Below, piece after piece: positions 13,035-24,725 of a DNA stretch of 64,000 bases. The DNA is from Heterodontus francisci (Eukaryota): NCBI RefSeq assembly GCF_036365525.1, contig NC_090404.1, forward strand, positions 10,478,001-10,542,000, given 5' to 3'. The first letter of the stretch is position 1. Each line of letters begins with the position of its first letter. The notes beneath the pieces are model-generated. The model made no database searches, was not told where the DNA came from, and saw only the letters and a program-made list of their open reading frames with translations. The position numbers and the translations under genes are program-made.

Positions 13035-14479
13035 CTGGGAAAGAATGGCAGATTGAACATTGGAATCTGTGACCTGTGCTTATAAGATAACGAAAGAAGT
13101 CGAAGTTTGACTACTGATATAATCTAATTCCAACATTTTCCGAAACAGACATACTTTCTTGAATTGATAGACCCGACGTGAAACGTCTTCCTGTAACTCC
13201 AGTCTTGTACATCAGGGAACACACGAGTCTGAAAGGACATTCTGGCCATGAGGCCTCTTTATACTGAGCGAATGCTGGAATATTTTATCATGGGCTTCCT
13301 CCAGGTCTAGATTCCCTGTTGAGGAGCACTCCTCAACTACTTACACGTTAGATTCTTCTATACTACTTCTACTGAGCTCCTCCTTACATCCTTTTGCTAT
13401 CAGCCTCTTAAGATCTCTGCACAATTGGACCATGCTATGTTTTAAAACGGTTTGTCATCTCTCCTTTTAAGATGCTGCCTTAAAACCGACCTTTTGACCA
13501 AGCTTTTGATCAACGGTCCTGAAATCGCCTTAGATATCTTAGTGTCAGTTTTTGCCTGATTACACTCCTATGATTTTTTTTTTATCACATGAAAGACTCT
13601 ACATAGACGCAAGTTTTTTGTTGTTTTCAGAGGATACACCTCTTTGAATTTCGGTTGTGTCAATTCTCCTAATCACACAACTCCTACTATTAACTTTAAA
13701 ACCAGCCATGTTTATGAAGCATGGCACAGAGTTGTAAAATAATAGAACTGTAGAGCACAGCTGGTGGCTATTTGGCCCATCGCAGCTCTGAAAGCTCACT
13801 GTAGTCATCCCGTCCACTTTCCAAGTCCCAATCCTCTTTTAAACAGCTCCATTATATCGAGCTATTTTGGATTCTGCTCTCAAAATTCCTTCCGACAGGA
13901 CACTGCAGGTCTTACCAACCCCCTGTGTAGAAAAGTAGATTCATGCCCTCTCGCTTTTCTGCTTCTGATTTTAAATCAGTGCCCTGTACTTACCAACTCA
14001 CTGGACTGGGGAAATATGTTTCCCGAATTGCTTTATAAAACCCTTAATAATTCCAAACTCCTCTATCAAACCGCATAATATTCTTCTTTGTCCCCATGGC
14101 AATAAAGGACGTTGACAATGTAGAGCTGAAATCCCCGTCAAAATGGACTGACTAACTTTAGCGCACATAGTGCAAGGGTTTTTTTTTACACATCCTACTC
14201 TGGAATTAAAGCTTCAGTTGAATCGGCAGTGACTGCAGGGTATCTCTTTACTTCTCAGTACTTGAGGAAGAGTGATGCACTTCAATGCACTGTGAATTAT
14301 CCTCGATCCAATGGATCTGTTCAGAGATTCTTCCTGCCTTCGATTCAATTAATAATTTGGATTAAATACCATTCCCAAAACTGGTTAAATAAAACCATGC
14401 TATTTGAACAGTTCATTTCAATTTCCCCACCAGTGAGAACTGATGTTGCTGCAGTCACTTCTTGTTGCTGGTTGCAGTG

Positions 14480-15400
14480 ACCACATCTGGTGTACTGTGT
14501 ACAGTTTTGGTTTCCTTATTTGAAAAAGGATATAATTGTTTAGAAGCTGTTCAGAGAATTTGCTAAGATATAGGAGGCAGAGAGTAACGGTGAAATAATG
14601 CTTTTCTGACTGGAAAGAATTAAGTGTTGCATTTCCCCTTGGGCCGGTATTAGGGCCATTGCTTTTTCTTTTGTTAAATATAGTGACGTGGCCTTGAGTA
14701 TATGGAGTACAATTTCGGAGTTCCAGGATGATACAGAACAAAGATTGAGAATGATAGCAACAGAGCTCAGGTGGGCACAGACAGACTGATGAAATGTGCA
14801 GGTGCATAGCAGATGTAATTTAATGTGGATAAGTGTGAAGTGATGCAATTTTGAAGGAAAAACATGGAAAGTTAATGTAATCTAATAGTTATTATTTTGA
14901 AAGACTAAAATGGTAGAGGGACCTGGGGTGTATATTCGCAATGTTTTGAAGACAGCAGGCTAAGCTGATAAGGTGGTTAAGAAAGCTAATGGAAAAAGGA
15001 GAATTGAATACAAAAATAAGGAAGTCATGTTAAAGCTTTACATTTCACTGATTAAGCTGGAATATGTTTTGCACAGTTCTGGCCACCACACTTTAGGAAG
15101 GATATTAAGGCGTTAGGGAGAGTATAGAGCAGCTTTATCAGGATGAGGTCAGGAGGGAGTTCGGTTTTGTAGAGAGATTATGGAAGCCAAATTGTTCTCC
15201 TTCGAGCAATGAAAGTTAAGCGGTTACCAAATAAGTTTATTCAAAATGATGGGATGTTTTTATATAGCGCATATGGAGAAACTGTTTCCTCTGGCAAGTT
15301 GGTCGGTAACAATAGGTCACAGATTTGAAATAATTGGCAATGTAATTTGGAGGGGCTGGTATTGTGGTGGGGAAGGGGGTTTCTTTTTTCCAGAGTGAAG
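14480..15400 (+). mobile_element. Old decayed CR1-type LINE fragment
   Basis: Nucleotide similarity to the younger CR1 copies in the window (e.g. 'aagtgtgaagtgatgcaattttgaaggaaaaac', 'ttctggccaccacactttaggaaggat'); many stops. Confidence 0.65.
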
Positions 15401-15960
15401 GTGTTTATCATAGAACCATGGAATGGTTACAGCGCTAAAAGAGGCCTTTCGACCCGTCATGTCCGTGCTGTCGCTCAAAACAAACATCTGGATTGCGCCA
15501 GGCAAATGGACATGTTCTTGAAGGGGGCGACTCTGCATGGTTGTGAGCAAAACGCTGGCTTGTAGGATTAAATTGGAGAGATCTTTCAGCGCCGACACAG
15601 GCACGACAGGCTGAATTAATCCATTCTGTGCTATGAGATTCTATGATTCTACACGACTCAGTAGTATTAGTCCTTCCCAATTTAATGGCATGAAAAGCTT
15701 CATAAGCGTGAACAGCTCTATCAGATCTATTTTTATTGTTTGTTACAATGAAAGAGGGTTTTTAAATATAACGGTCTGATGAATCTGACGCAAATATGTC
15801 AATCCGATACAGTCAGAGACTTTAAAACTTATTGTGGATGACAACTGATTGCAGACTAATTGTATCACTTTAAATGTTTCACAGAAATATAGTTCAGTGA
15901 CTTTGTGCTTTTTGTTGTAACCCAGTCCGATTACTGCATCTCACCGAGTTTATTCCTACC

Positions 15961-18240
15961 TTTTTTTTAATTCATTCATGGGATGTGGGCATCACTGGCC
16001 AGCCCAGCATTTAGCTACCCAGGAATGATCTAAAGGGAGAGCTTAGAAGAGCGAGGAGAGGACACGAGAAGTCATTGGCGGATAGGATCAAGGAAAACCC
16101 TAAGGCTTTCTATAGGTATATCAGGAATAAAAGAATGACTAGAGTTAGATTAGGGCCAATCAAGGATAGTAGTGGGAAGTTGTGTGTGGAATCAGTGAAG
16201 ATAGGGGAAGCGTTAAATGAATATTTTTCGTCAGTATTTGCAGTAGAGAAAGAAAATGTTGTCGAGGAGAATGCTGAGATACGGACTACTAGGCTAGATG
16301 GGATTGAGGTTCACAAGGAGGAGGTGTTAGCAATTTTGGAAAGTGTGAAAATAGATAAGTCCCCTGGGCCAGATGTGATTTATCCTAGGATTCTCTGGGA
16401 AGCCAGGGAGGAGATTGCAGAGCCTTTGTCCTTGATCTTTATGTCGTCATTGTTGACAGGAATAGTGCCAGAAGACTGGAGGATAGCAAATGTTGTCCCC
16501 TTGTTCAAGAAGGGGAGTAGAGACAGCCCTGGTAATTATAGACCTGTGAGCCTCACTTCGGTTGTGGGTAAAATGTTGGAAAAGGTTATAAGAGACAGGA
16601 TATACTAATCATCTTGAAAAGAATAAGTTCATTAGCGATAGTCAGCGCAGTTTTGTGAAGGGTAGGTCGTGCCTCACAAACCTTATTGAGTTTTTTGACA
16701 AGGTGACCAAACAGCTGGATGAGGGTAAAGCCGTGGATGTGGTGTATATGGATTTCAGTAAGGCGTTTGATAAGTTTCCCCACGGTAGGCTATTGCAGAA
16801 AATACGGAAGTATGGGAGTGAAGGTGATTTAGTGCTTTGGATCAGAAATTGGCTAGCTGAAAGAAGACAGAGGGTGGTGGTTGATGGCAAATGTTCATCC
16901 TGGAGTTTAGTTACTAGTGGTGTACCGCAAGGATCTGTTTTGGGGCCACTGCTGTTTGTCATTTTTATAAATGACCTGGATGAGGGTGTAGAAGGGTGGG
17001 TTACTAAATTTGCGGATGACACGAAGGTCGGTGGAGTTGTGGATAGTGCCGAAGGATGTTGTAGGTTACAGAGGGACATAGATAGGCTGCAGAGCTGGGC
17101 TGAAAGATGGCAAATGGAGGTTAATGCGGAAAAATGTGAGGTGATTCACTTTGGAAGGAGTAACAGGAATGCAGAGTACTGGGCTAATGGGAAGAATCTT
17201 GGTAGTGTAGATGAGCAGAGAGATCTTGGTGTCCAGGTACATAAATCCCTGCAAGTTGCTACCCAGGTTAATAGGGCTGTTAAGAAGGCATATGGTGTGT
17301 TAGCTTTTATTAGTAGGGGGATCGAGTTTAGGAGCCACGAGGTCATGCTGCAGCTGTACAAAACTCTGGTGCGGCCGCACCTGGAGTATTGCGTGCAGTT
17401 CTGGTCACCGCATTATAGGAAGGATGTGGAAGCTTTGGAAAGGGTGCAGAGGAGATTTACTAGCATGTTGCCTGGTATGGAGGGAAGGTCTTACGAGGAA
17501 AGGCTGAGGGACTTGAGGTTGTTTTCGTTAGAGAGAAGGAGGAGGAGAGGTGACTTAATAGAGACATATAAGATAATCAGAGGGTTAGATAGGGTGGATA
17601 GTGAGAGTCTTTTTCCTCGGATGGTGATGGCAAACACGAGGGGACATAGCTTTAAGTTGAGGGGTGATAGATATAGGACAGATGTCAGAGGTAGTTTCTT
17701 TACTCAGAGAGTAGTAGGGGCTTGGAACGCCCTGCCTGTAACAGTAGTAGACTCGCCAACTTTAAGGGCATTTAAGTGGTCATTGGATAGACATATGGAT
17801 GAAAATGGAATAGTGTAGGTCAGATGGTTTCACAGGTCGGCGCAACATCGAGGGCCGAAGGGCCTGTACTGCACTGTAATGTTTTATGTTCTATGTTCTA
17901 TTGCCCATCCCGAATTGCCCTTGAGAAGGTGGTGGTGAGCTGCCTTCTTGAACAGCTGCAGTTCATTTGGGGTAGGTATACCCACAGTGCTGTTAGGATT
18001 TTGACCCAGCGACAGTGAAGAAACGGTGATATAGTTCCAAATCAGGATGGTATGTGACTTGGAGGGGAACTTGCAGGTGGTGGTGTTCCCATGTATTTGC
18101 TGCCCTTGTCCTTCTTGTTGGTAGAGGTCGCGGATTTGGAAGGTGCTGTCTAAGGAGCCTTGGTGCATTGCTGCAGTGCATCTTGTAGATGGTACACACT
18201 GCTGCCACTGTGCGTCGGTGGTGGAGGGAGTGAATGTTTG
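15961..18240 (-). mobile_element. 3' end of a second (L2-like) LINE family, interrupted by the CR1 at 16013-17898
   Basis: 15961-16012 and 17899 onward join into the same sequence as the SINE tail at 42310-42440; the minus strand encodes a LINE-like C-terminus (CTIYKMHCSN...FFTVAGSKS). Confidence 0.65.
16013..17898 (+). mobile_element. 5'-truncated CR1-type LINE
   Basis: ORFs 16075-16608 and 16655-17818 (RT, KFADD) split by a stop/frameshift; TGTTCTA-repeat 3' tail; nested in another repeat. Confidence 0.95.
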
Positions 18241-18546
18241 TAGATTACTAGAGGACACGAGTTCAAAGTGAAAGGGGAAAAGTTTAGGGGGGATATGCGT
18301 GGAAAGTTCTTTACGCAGAGGGTGGTGGGTGCCTGGAGCGCTTTGCCAGCGGAGGTGGTAGATGCGGGCACGATGGCGTCTTTTAAGATGTATCTAGACA
18401 GATACATGAATGGGCAGGAAGTAAAGAGATACAGACCCTTAGAAAATAGGCGACATGTTTAGATAGAGGATCTGGATCGGCGCAGGCTTGGAGGGCCGAA
18501 GGGCCTGTTCCTGTGCTGTAATTTTCTTTGTTCTTTGTTCTTTGTT
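18241..18546 (+). mobile_element. Short 3' fragment of the same CR1 subfamily as 1690-3270
   Basis: Near-identical to about 2965-3265, including the TTCTTTG tail. Confidence 0.85.
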
Positions 18547-19014
18547 ATCTACCTATAAGATTATAAGAAATAGGAGCAGAAGTAGGTAATTCGACCCATC
18601 GAGCTAGCTCCGCCATTCAATAAGATTACGGCTGATCTGATCGTGGCCTCAACTCCACTTTCCTGCCTGCCGCCCATAACTCTTGACTTTCTTGCAGATC
18701 AAAAAATTGTCTAACTCAGCTTTGAATATATTCAAGGAACCAGCCTACACTGCCCTCTAGAGAAAAGAGGTCCAAACACGAACGACCCTCTGAGAGAAGA
18801 AATTCCTCTTCACCTCCATCTTAAATGGGAGACCGTTTATTTTGAAACTGTGCCCCCTAGTTCCAGATTCCCTCATGAGGGGAACATCCTCTCAGCATCT
18901 ACCCTTTCAAATACTTTCAGAATCGTTTACGTTTCAACAAGATCATCTCTCATTCTTATAAACTGCAATGAGTAGACCCAACGTGCTCAACCTTTTCTCA
19001 AAAGACAACCTCCA

Positions 19015-22000
19015 GCTCAGAGACAGTGGGAGGTCAGAGACAGTGTGAGCTCAGAGACAGTGTGAGTTCAGAGACAGCGTGAGCTCAGAGACAGTGTGAG
19101 CTCAGAGACAGTGTGAGCTCAGAGACAGTGTGAACTCAGAGACAGTGTAAGCTCAGAGACAGTGTGAGCTCAGAGACAGTGTGAGCTCAGAGTCAATGTG
19201 AGCTCAGAAACAGTGTGAGCTCAGAGTCAATGTGAGCTCAGAGACAGTGTGAGGTCAGAGACAGTGTGAGCTCAGAGACAATGTGAACTCAGAGACAGTG
19301 TGAGCTCAGAGACAGTGTCCGCTCAGAGACAGTGTGAGCTCAGAGACAGAGTTAGTTCAGAGACAGCGTGACCTCAGAGACAGTGTGAGCTCAGAGTCCA
19401 TGTAAGCTCAGAGATTGTGTGAGTTCAGAGATAAAGTGCCGTCAAAGACAGTGTAAACTGATGTCAGTGAGAAACACTGAGGGATGGCGGTCCAGAGTGA
19501 GCTCGGAGACAGTGTGAGGTCAACGACAGTGTGAGTTCAGAGACAGTGTGAGGTCAGAGACAGTGTAAGCTCAGAGACAGTGTGAGGTCAGAGACAGTGT
19601 CAGGCAGAGACAGTGTGAGCTCAGAGACAGTGTGAGGTCAGAGACAGTGTCAGGCAGAGACAGTGTGAGCTCAGAAACAGTGTGAGGTCAGAGACAGTGT
19701 GAGTTCAGAGACAGTGTGAGGTCAGAGACAGTGTAAGCTCAGAGACAGTGTGAGGTCAGAGATCGTGTCAGGCAGAGTCAGTGTGAGCTCAGAGACAGTG
19801 TCAGCTCAGAGGCAGTGTAAGCTCACAGACAGTGTGAGCACAGAGACAGTGTGAACTCAGAGACAGTGCGAGCTCAGAGACCGTGTGAGGTCAGAGACAG
19901 TGTGTGTTCAGAGACAGTGTGAGCTCAGAGACAGTGTGAGGTCAGAGACAGTGTGAGTTCAGAGACAGTGTGAGCTCAGAGACAGTGTAAGCTCAGAGAC
20001 AGTGTGAGGTCAGAGACAGTGTCAGGCAGAGACAGTGTGAGGTCAGAGACAGTGTGAGCTCAGAGACAGTGCGAGCTCAGAGACAGCGTGAGTTCAGAGA
20101 TAGTGTGAGGTGGTGTCAGTGAGAAAGAATGAGGGCAGACGGTGCGGTGTGACTCAGAGACAGTGTGAGGTCAGCGACAGTGTGAGCTCAGAAACAGTGT
20201 GAGCTCATAGACAGTGTGAGCTTAGAGACAGTGTGAGCTCAGAGACAGTGCGAGCTCACAGACAGTGTCAGCTCAGAGACAGTGTAAGCTCAGAGACAGT
20301 GTGAGCTCAGAGACAGTGTGAACTCAGAGACAGTGTGAGTTCAGAGACAGTGTGAGGTCAGAGACAGTGTGAGTTCAGAGACAGTGTGCGCTCAGAGACA
20401 GTGTATGCTCAGAGACAGTGTGAGCTCAGAGACAGTGTGAGGTCAGAGATAGTGTGAGCTCAGAGACAGTGTGAGCTCAGAGTCAATGTCAGCTCAGAGA
20501 CAGTGAAAGCTCAGAGACAGTGTCAGCTCAGAGACAGTGTAAGCTCAGAGACAGTGTGAGGTCAGAGACAGTGTGAACTCAGAGACAGTGCGAGCTCAGA
20601 GACAGTGTGAGTACAGAGACAGTGTGAGTTCAGAGATGTGTGAGGTCAGAGACAGGGTGAGTTCAGAGACAGTGTGAGCTCAGAGACAGTGTGAGGTCAG
20701 AGACAGTGTGAGGTCAGAGACAGTGTGAACTCAGAGACAGTGTGACCTCAGAGACAGTGTGAGCTCAGAGACAGTGTGAGTTTAGAGACAGTGTGAGGTC
20801 AGAGACAGTGTGAGTTCAGAGACAGTGTGAGCTCAGAGACAGTGTGAGCTCAGAGAAAGTGTGAGCTCAGAGAAAGTGTGAGCTCAGAGACAGTGTGAGC
20901 TCAGAGACAGTGTAAGCTCAGAGACAGTGTGAGGTCAGAGACAGTGTGAACTCAGAGACAGTGTGAGTTCAGAGATAGTGTAAGCTCAGAGAAAGTGTAA
21001 GCTCAGAGACAGTGTAAGCTCAGAGACAGTGTGAGCTCAGAGACAGTGTGAGGTCAGAGACAGTGTGAACTCAGAGACAGTGTGACCTCAGAGACAGTGT
21101 GAGGTCAGAGACAGTGTGAGTTCAGAGACAGTGTGAGCTCAGAGACAGTGTAAGCTCAGAGACAGTGTGAGGTCAGAGACAGTGTGAACTCAGAGACAGT
21201 GTGAGCTCAGAGACAGTGTGAGTTCAGAGATAGTGTAAGCTCAGAGAAAGTGTAACCTCAGAGACAGTGTAAGCTCAGAGACAGTGTGAGCTCAGAGAAA
21301 GTGTCAGCTCAGAGACAGTGTCAGCTCAGAGACAGTGTAAGCTCAGAGCAGCGTGCGGTCAGAGACAGTGTCAGCTCAGAAATAGTGTAAGCTCAGAGAA
21401 AGTGTGAGCTCAGAGACAGTGTGAACTCAGAGACAGTGTGAGCTCAGAGAAAGTGTCAGCTCAGAGACAGTGTCAGCTCAGAGACAGTGTAAGCTCAGAG
21501 ACAGCGTGCGGTCAGAGACAGTGTCAGCTCAGAGACAGTGTAAGCTCAGAGACAGTGTGAGGTCAGAGACAGTGTGAACTCAGAGACAGTGTGAGCTCAG
21601 AGACAGTGTGAGTTCAGAGATAGTGTAAGCTCAGAGAAAGTGTAAGCTCAGAGACAGTGTAAGCTGATAGACAGTGTGAGCTCAGAGACAGTGTCAGCTC
21701 AGAGACAGTGTAAGCTCAGAAACAGTGTGAACTCAGAGACAGTGTGATGTCAGAGACAGTCTGAGGTCAGAGACAGTGTGAGTTCAGAGATAGTGTGAGC
21801 TCAGAGACAGTGTGAGCTCAGAGACAGTGTGAGGTCAGAGACAGTGTCAGCTCAGAGACAGTGTGAGCTCAGAGTCAGTGTCAGCTCAGAGACAGTGTCA
21901 GCTCAGAGACAGTGTGAGGTCAGAGACAGTGTGAGGTTAGAGACAGTGTGAGCTCAGAGACAGTGTGAGGTTAGAGACAGTGTCAGCTCAGAGACAGTGT

Positions 22001-23190
22001 GAGTTCAGAGATAGTGTGAGCTCAGAGACAGTGTGAGTTCAGAGATAGTGTGAGCTCAGAGACAGTGTGAGCTCAGAGACAGTGTGAACTCAGAGACAGC
22101 GTGTGCTCAGAGACAGTGCGAGCTCAGAGACAGTGTCCGCTCAGAGACAGTGTGAGCTCAGAGACAGTGTGAGCTCAGTGTCAATGTGAGCTCAGAGACA
22201 GTGTGAGGTCAGAGACAGTGTGAGCTCAGAGACAGTGTCCACTCAGAGACAGTGTCAGCTCAGAGACAGTGTAAGCTCAGAGACAGTGTGAACTCAGAGA
22301 CAGTGTGAGCTCAGAGACAGAGTGAGGTCACAGACAGTGTGAGGTCAGAGACAGTGTGAGTTCAGAGACAGTGTCAGCTCAGAGACAGTGTCAGCTCAGA
22401 GACAGTGTCCACTCAGTGTGTGCTCAGAGACAGTGTCCGCTCAGAGACAGTGTGAGCTCAGAGACAGAGTTAGTTCAGAGACAACGTGACCTCAGAGACA
22501 GTGTAAGCTCAGAGATTGTGTGAGTTCAGAGATAAAGTGCCGTCAAAGACAGTGTAAACTGATGTCAGTGAGAAACACTGAGGGTTGGCGGTCCAGAGTG
22601 AGCTCGGAGACAGTGTGAGGTCAGCGACAGTGTGAGTTCAGAGACAGTGTGCGGTCAGAGACAGTGTAAGCTCAGAGACAGTGTGAGGTCAGAGACAGTG
22701 TCAGGCAGACAGTGTGAGCTCAGAAACAGTGTGAGGTCAGAGACAGTGTGAGTTCAGAGACAGTGTGAGGTCAGAGACAGTGTAAGCTCAGAGACAGTGT
22801 GAGGTCAGAGACAGTGTGAGCTCAGAGACAGTGTCAGCTCAGAGACGGTGTGAGGTCAAAGACAGTGTGAACTCAGAGACAGTGCGAGCTCAGAGACCGT
22901 GTGAGGTCAGAGACAGTGTGAGTTCAGAGACAGTGTGAGCTCAGAGACAGTGTGAGGTCAGAGACAGTGTGAGCTCAGAGACAGTGTGAGGTCAGAGACA
23001 GTGTCAGGCAGAGACAGTGTGAGGTCAGAGACAGTGTGAGCTCAGAGACAGTGCGAGCTCAGAGACAGCGTGAGTTCAGAGATAGTGTGAGGTGGTGTCA
23101 GTGAGAAACAATGAGGGCAGACGGTGCGGTGTGACTCAGAGACAGTGTGACTCAGAGACAGTGTGAGATGGTGTCAGTGAGAAACACTGA
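19015..23190. repeat. 17-bp minisatellite (CAGAGACAGTGTGAGCT)n, AGCT-rich, about 240 units
   Basis: Tandem unit directly visible; copy number estimated as length/17. Confidence 0.97.
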
Positions 23191-23371
23191 GTCCTAGGTG
23201 GGTAAACTTCGAGACTCAGCTTGTTTCCATAGTTTGACAAGGAGTCCCTGCGTTGTTCCTGAAACGGGAGTTTAATTCCTTGTTAATTCTCCCGAATATA
23301 ATATTCGTGTTTTGGTTCTTATCTGACTGTTGTGTACAAGATCTTCAGACTCTGTTGAATCGGATCTGATA

Positions 23372-23706
23372 ATGTTCTGTATTTACCGAGTTGTCTTGTT
23401 GTTTTTCACATTGATCTGCACGGATGTGACCGGTGAAGATGGGGTGGTGCAGTTCCCTCGGCTGGTGGTTGTGAATGAAGTGGGAATGGTATCCATGAAC
23501 TGCTCTGCCACCGCTGCATTTAACATCCTGCGCTGGTACAGACAGTCCTCCACTCAGTCCCCCCAGCATCTGGTGATGGCCACATATGGAACTGATCGAC
23601 ACGGGAGGATCACTGCTTCAATCGGGGGAGACAATAAGCTCAGTACCCTGACTATGAGAGAGGCCCAAGTGACAGACACCGCTACCTATTACTGCGCAGT
23701 GAGAGT
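23372..23706 (+). CDS. TCR alpha/delta-type V segment, leader and V in one exon, apparently functional
   Basis: MFCIYRVVLLFFTLICTDVTG-EDGVVQ...MNCS...LRWYRQ...DTATYYCAVRV, open from the ATG to the heptamer. Confidence 0.9.
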
Positions 23707-23745
23707 CACAATGTAACAAACAGATGGAGAGTCCATACAGAAACC
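23707..23745 (+). other. 23-bp-spacer RSS
   Basis: CACAATG - 23 nt - ACAGAAACC. Confidence 0.92.
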
Positions 23746-24259
23746 TGCACCACTCTATTGTATCTGTAGTAACAGCATTGCGAGTGGCCCGGTAAATCTA
23801 ATCGGGGGTGCGGGGTGATGGTAGGCTGCAGAGCGAATGAGATCAAACAGTAAACAGAGAAAAGAGAGAGTGATAAAGAAATTGAGAAACAAAGAGCATT
23901 TGAAACACAGACGGAGAAAGCACGGAAGGAAGAATGAGAGTGAGAAAGGGAAAACACTTTAATTAGTGTAACGGACAGCAAATTAGGAAAATAATGAAAG
24001 ACGAATGAATGAAAGTGAAAAATAACGAGCGTGAAGCACAAAGCTAAAGTATTAAAGGTAAGAAAAAGCCACAAACACAGAGATTCAGAAACAAAATAAA
24101 ATGCACTTTCCTTTAATCGCACTCATTTTCCTTTCCTCCTATTTACACAGTTGCATTGTTTGAAACACGTTTCCCGAGAAAAGGCAGCTGAAAACTGCCC
24201 CATAGCCAAACTCACTTTACTTTGCCCATGATCCTGAAAGTGTAAACCTCTCAGAGTCA

Positions 24260-24273
24260 CCGCCAGGGGGCGC
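24260..24273 (+). promoter_or_regulatory. CTCF-binding motif
   Basis: CCGCCAGGGGGCGC, close to the consensus CCACCAGGGGGCGC. Confidence 0.65.
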
Positions 24274-24725
24274 CGTGGTCACACGTGTTGTCAACTGGAA
24301 ATTATAGAGAGAAACTTTGCGGTATCCCTGCCTGAAGCGGCACCGCCCACAGCTTCCATTTACTGTTCTCGCTGTGAACCGCCTTTCCTGCCGTGTGTTA
24401 CTGGAGAAATTGCTGCCGCTATTCACTGTTTGACATTAGTTGGATCAGCAGCTCAGAAGGATGGGGATCTGTATTTATGCTCCGACAGAGGATTTCAAGG
24501 ACCGCAACGTTACAAATTCACTGAGCATTATGTGGAATCGCCTCTCGTTTCAACTCTTGTTTATAATTTAAAAAGAAACTTAACAATCCATCTGTGACGC
24601 CTCAACTTAACATTGACTGTTATTGCTGAAAACAGAGACATGTTGTCGAAGGTTTTTGCCTTGCACTCACCAGGACAACGGCAAAAATATCAATGAAGGC
24701 AAAACAAAGCCTTTATACTGTATGA

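Noticed and set aside
14060-14110. TGG GGA CAA (WGQ) on minus as a possible JH
   Set aside because: Continues RRIL rather than GTxVTV; no RSS upstream and no splice donor.
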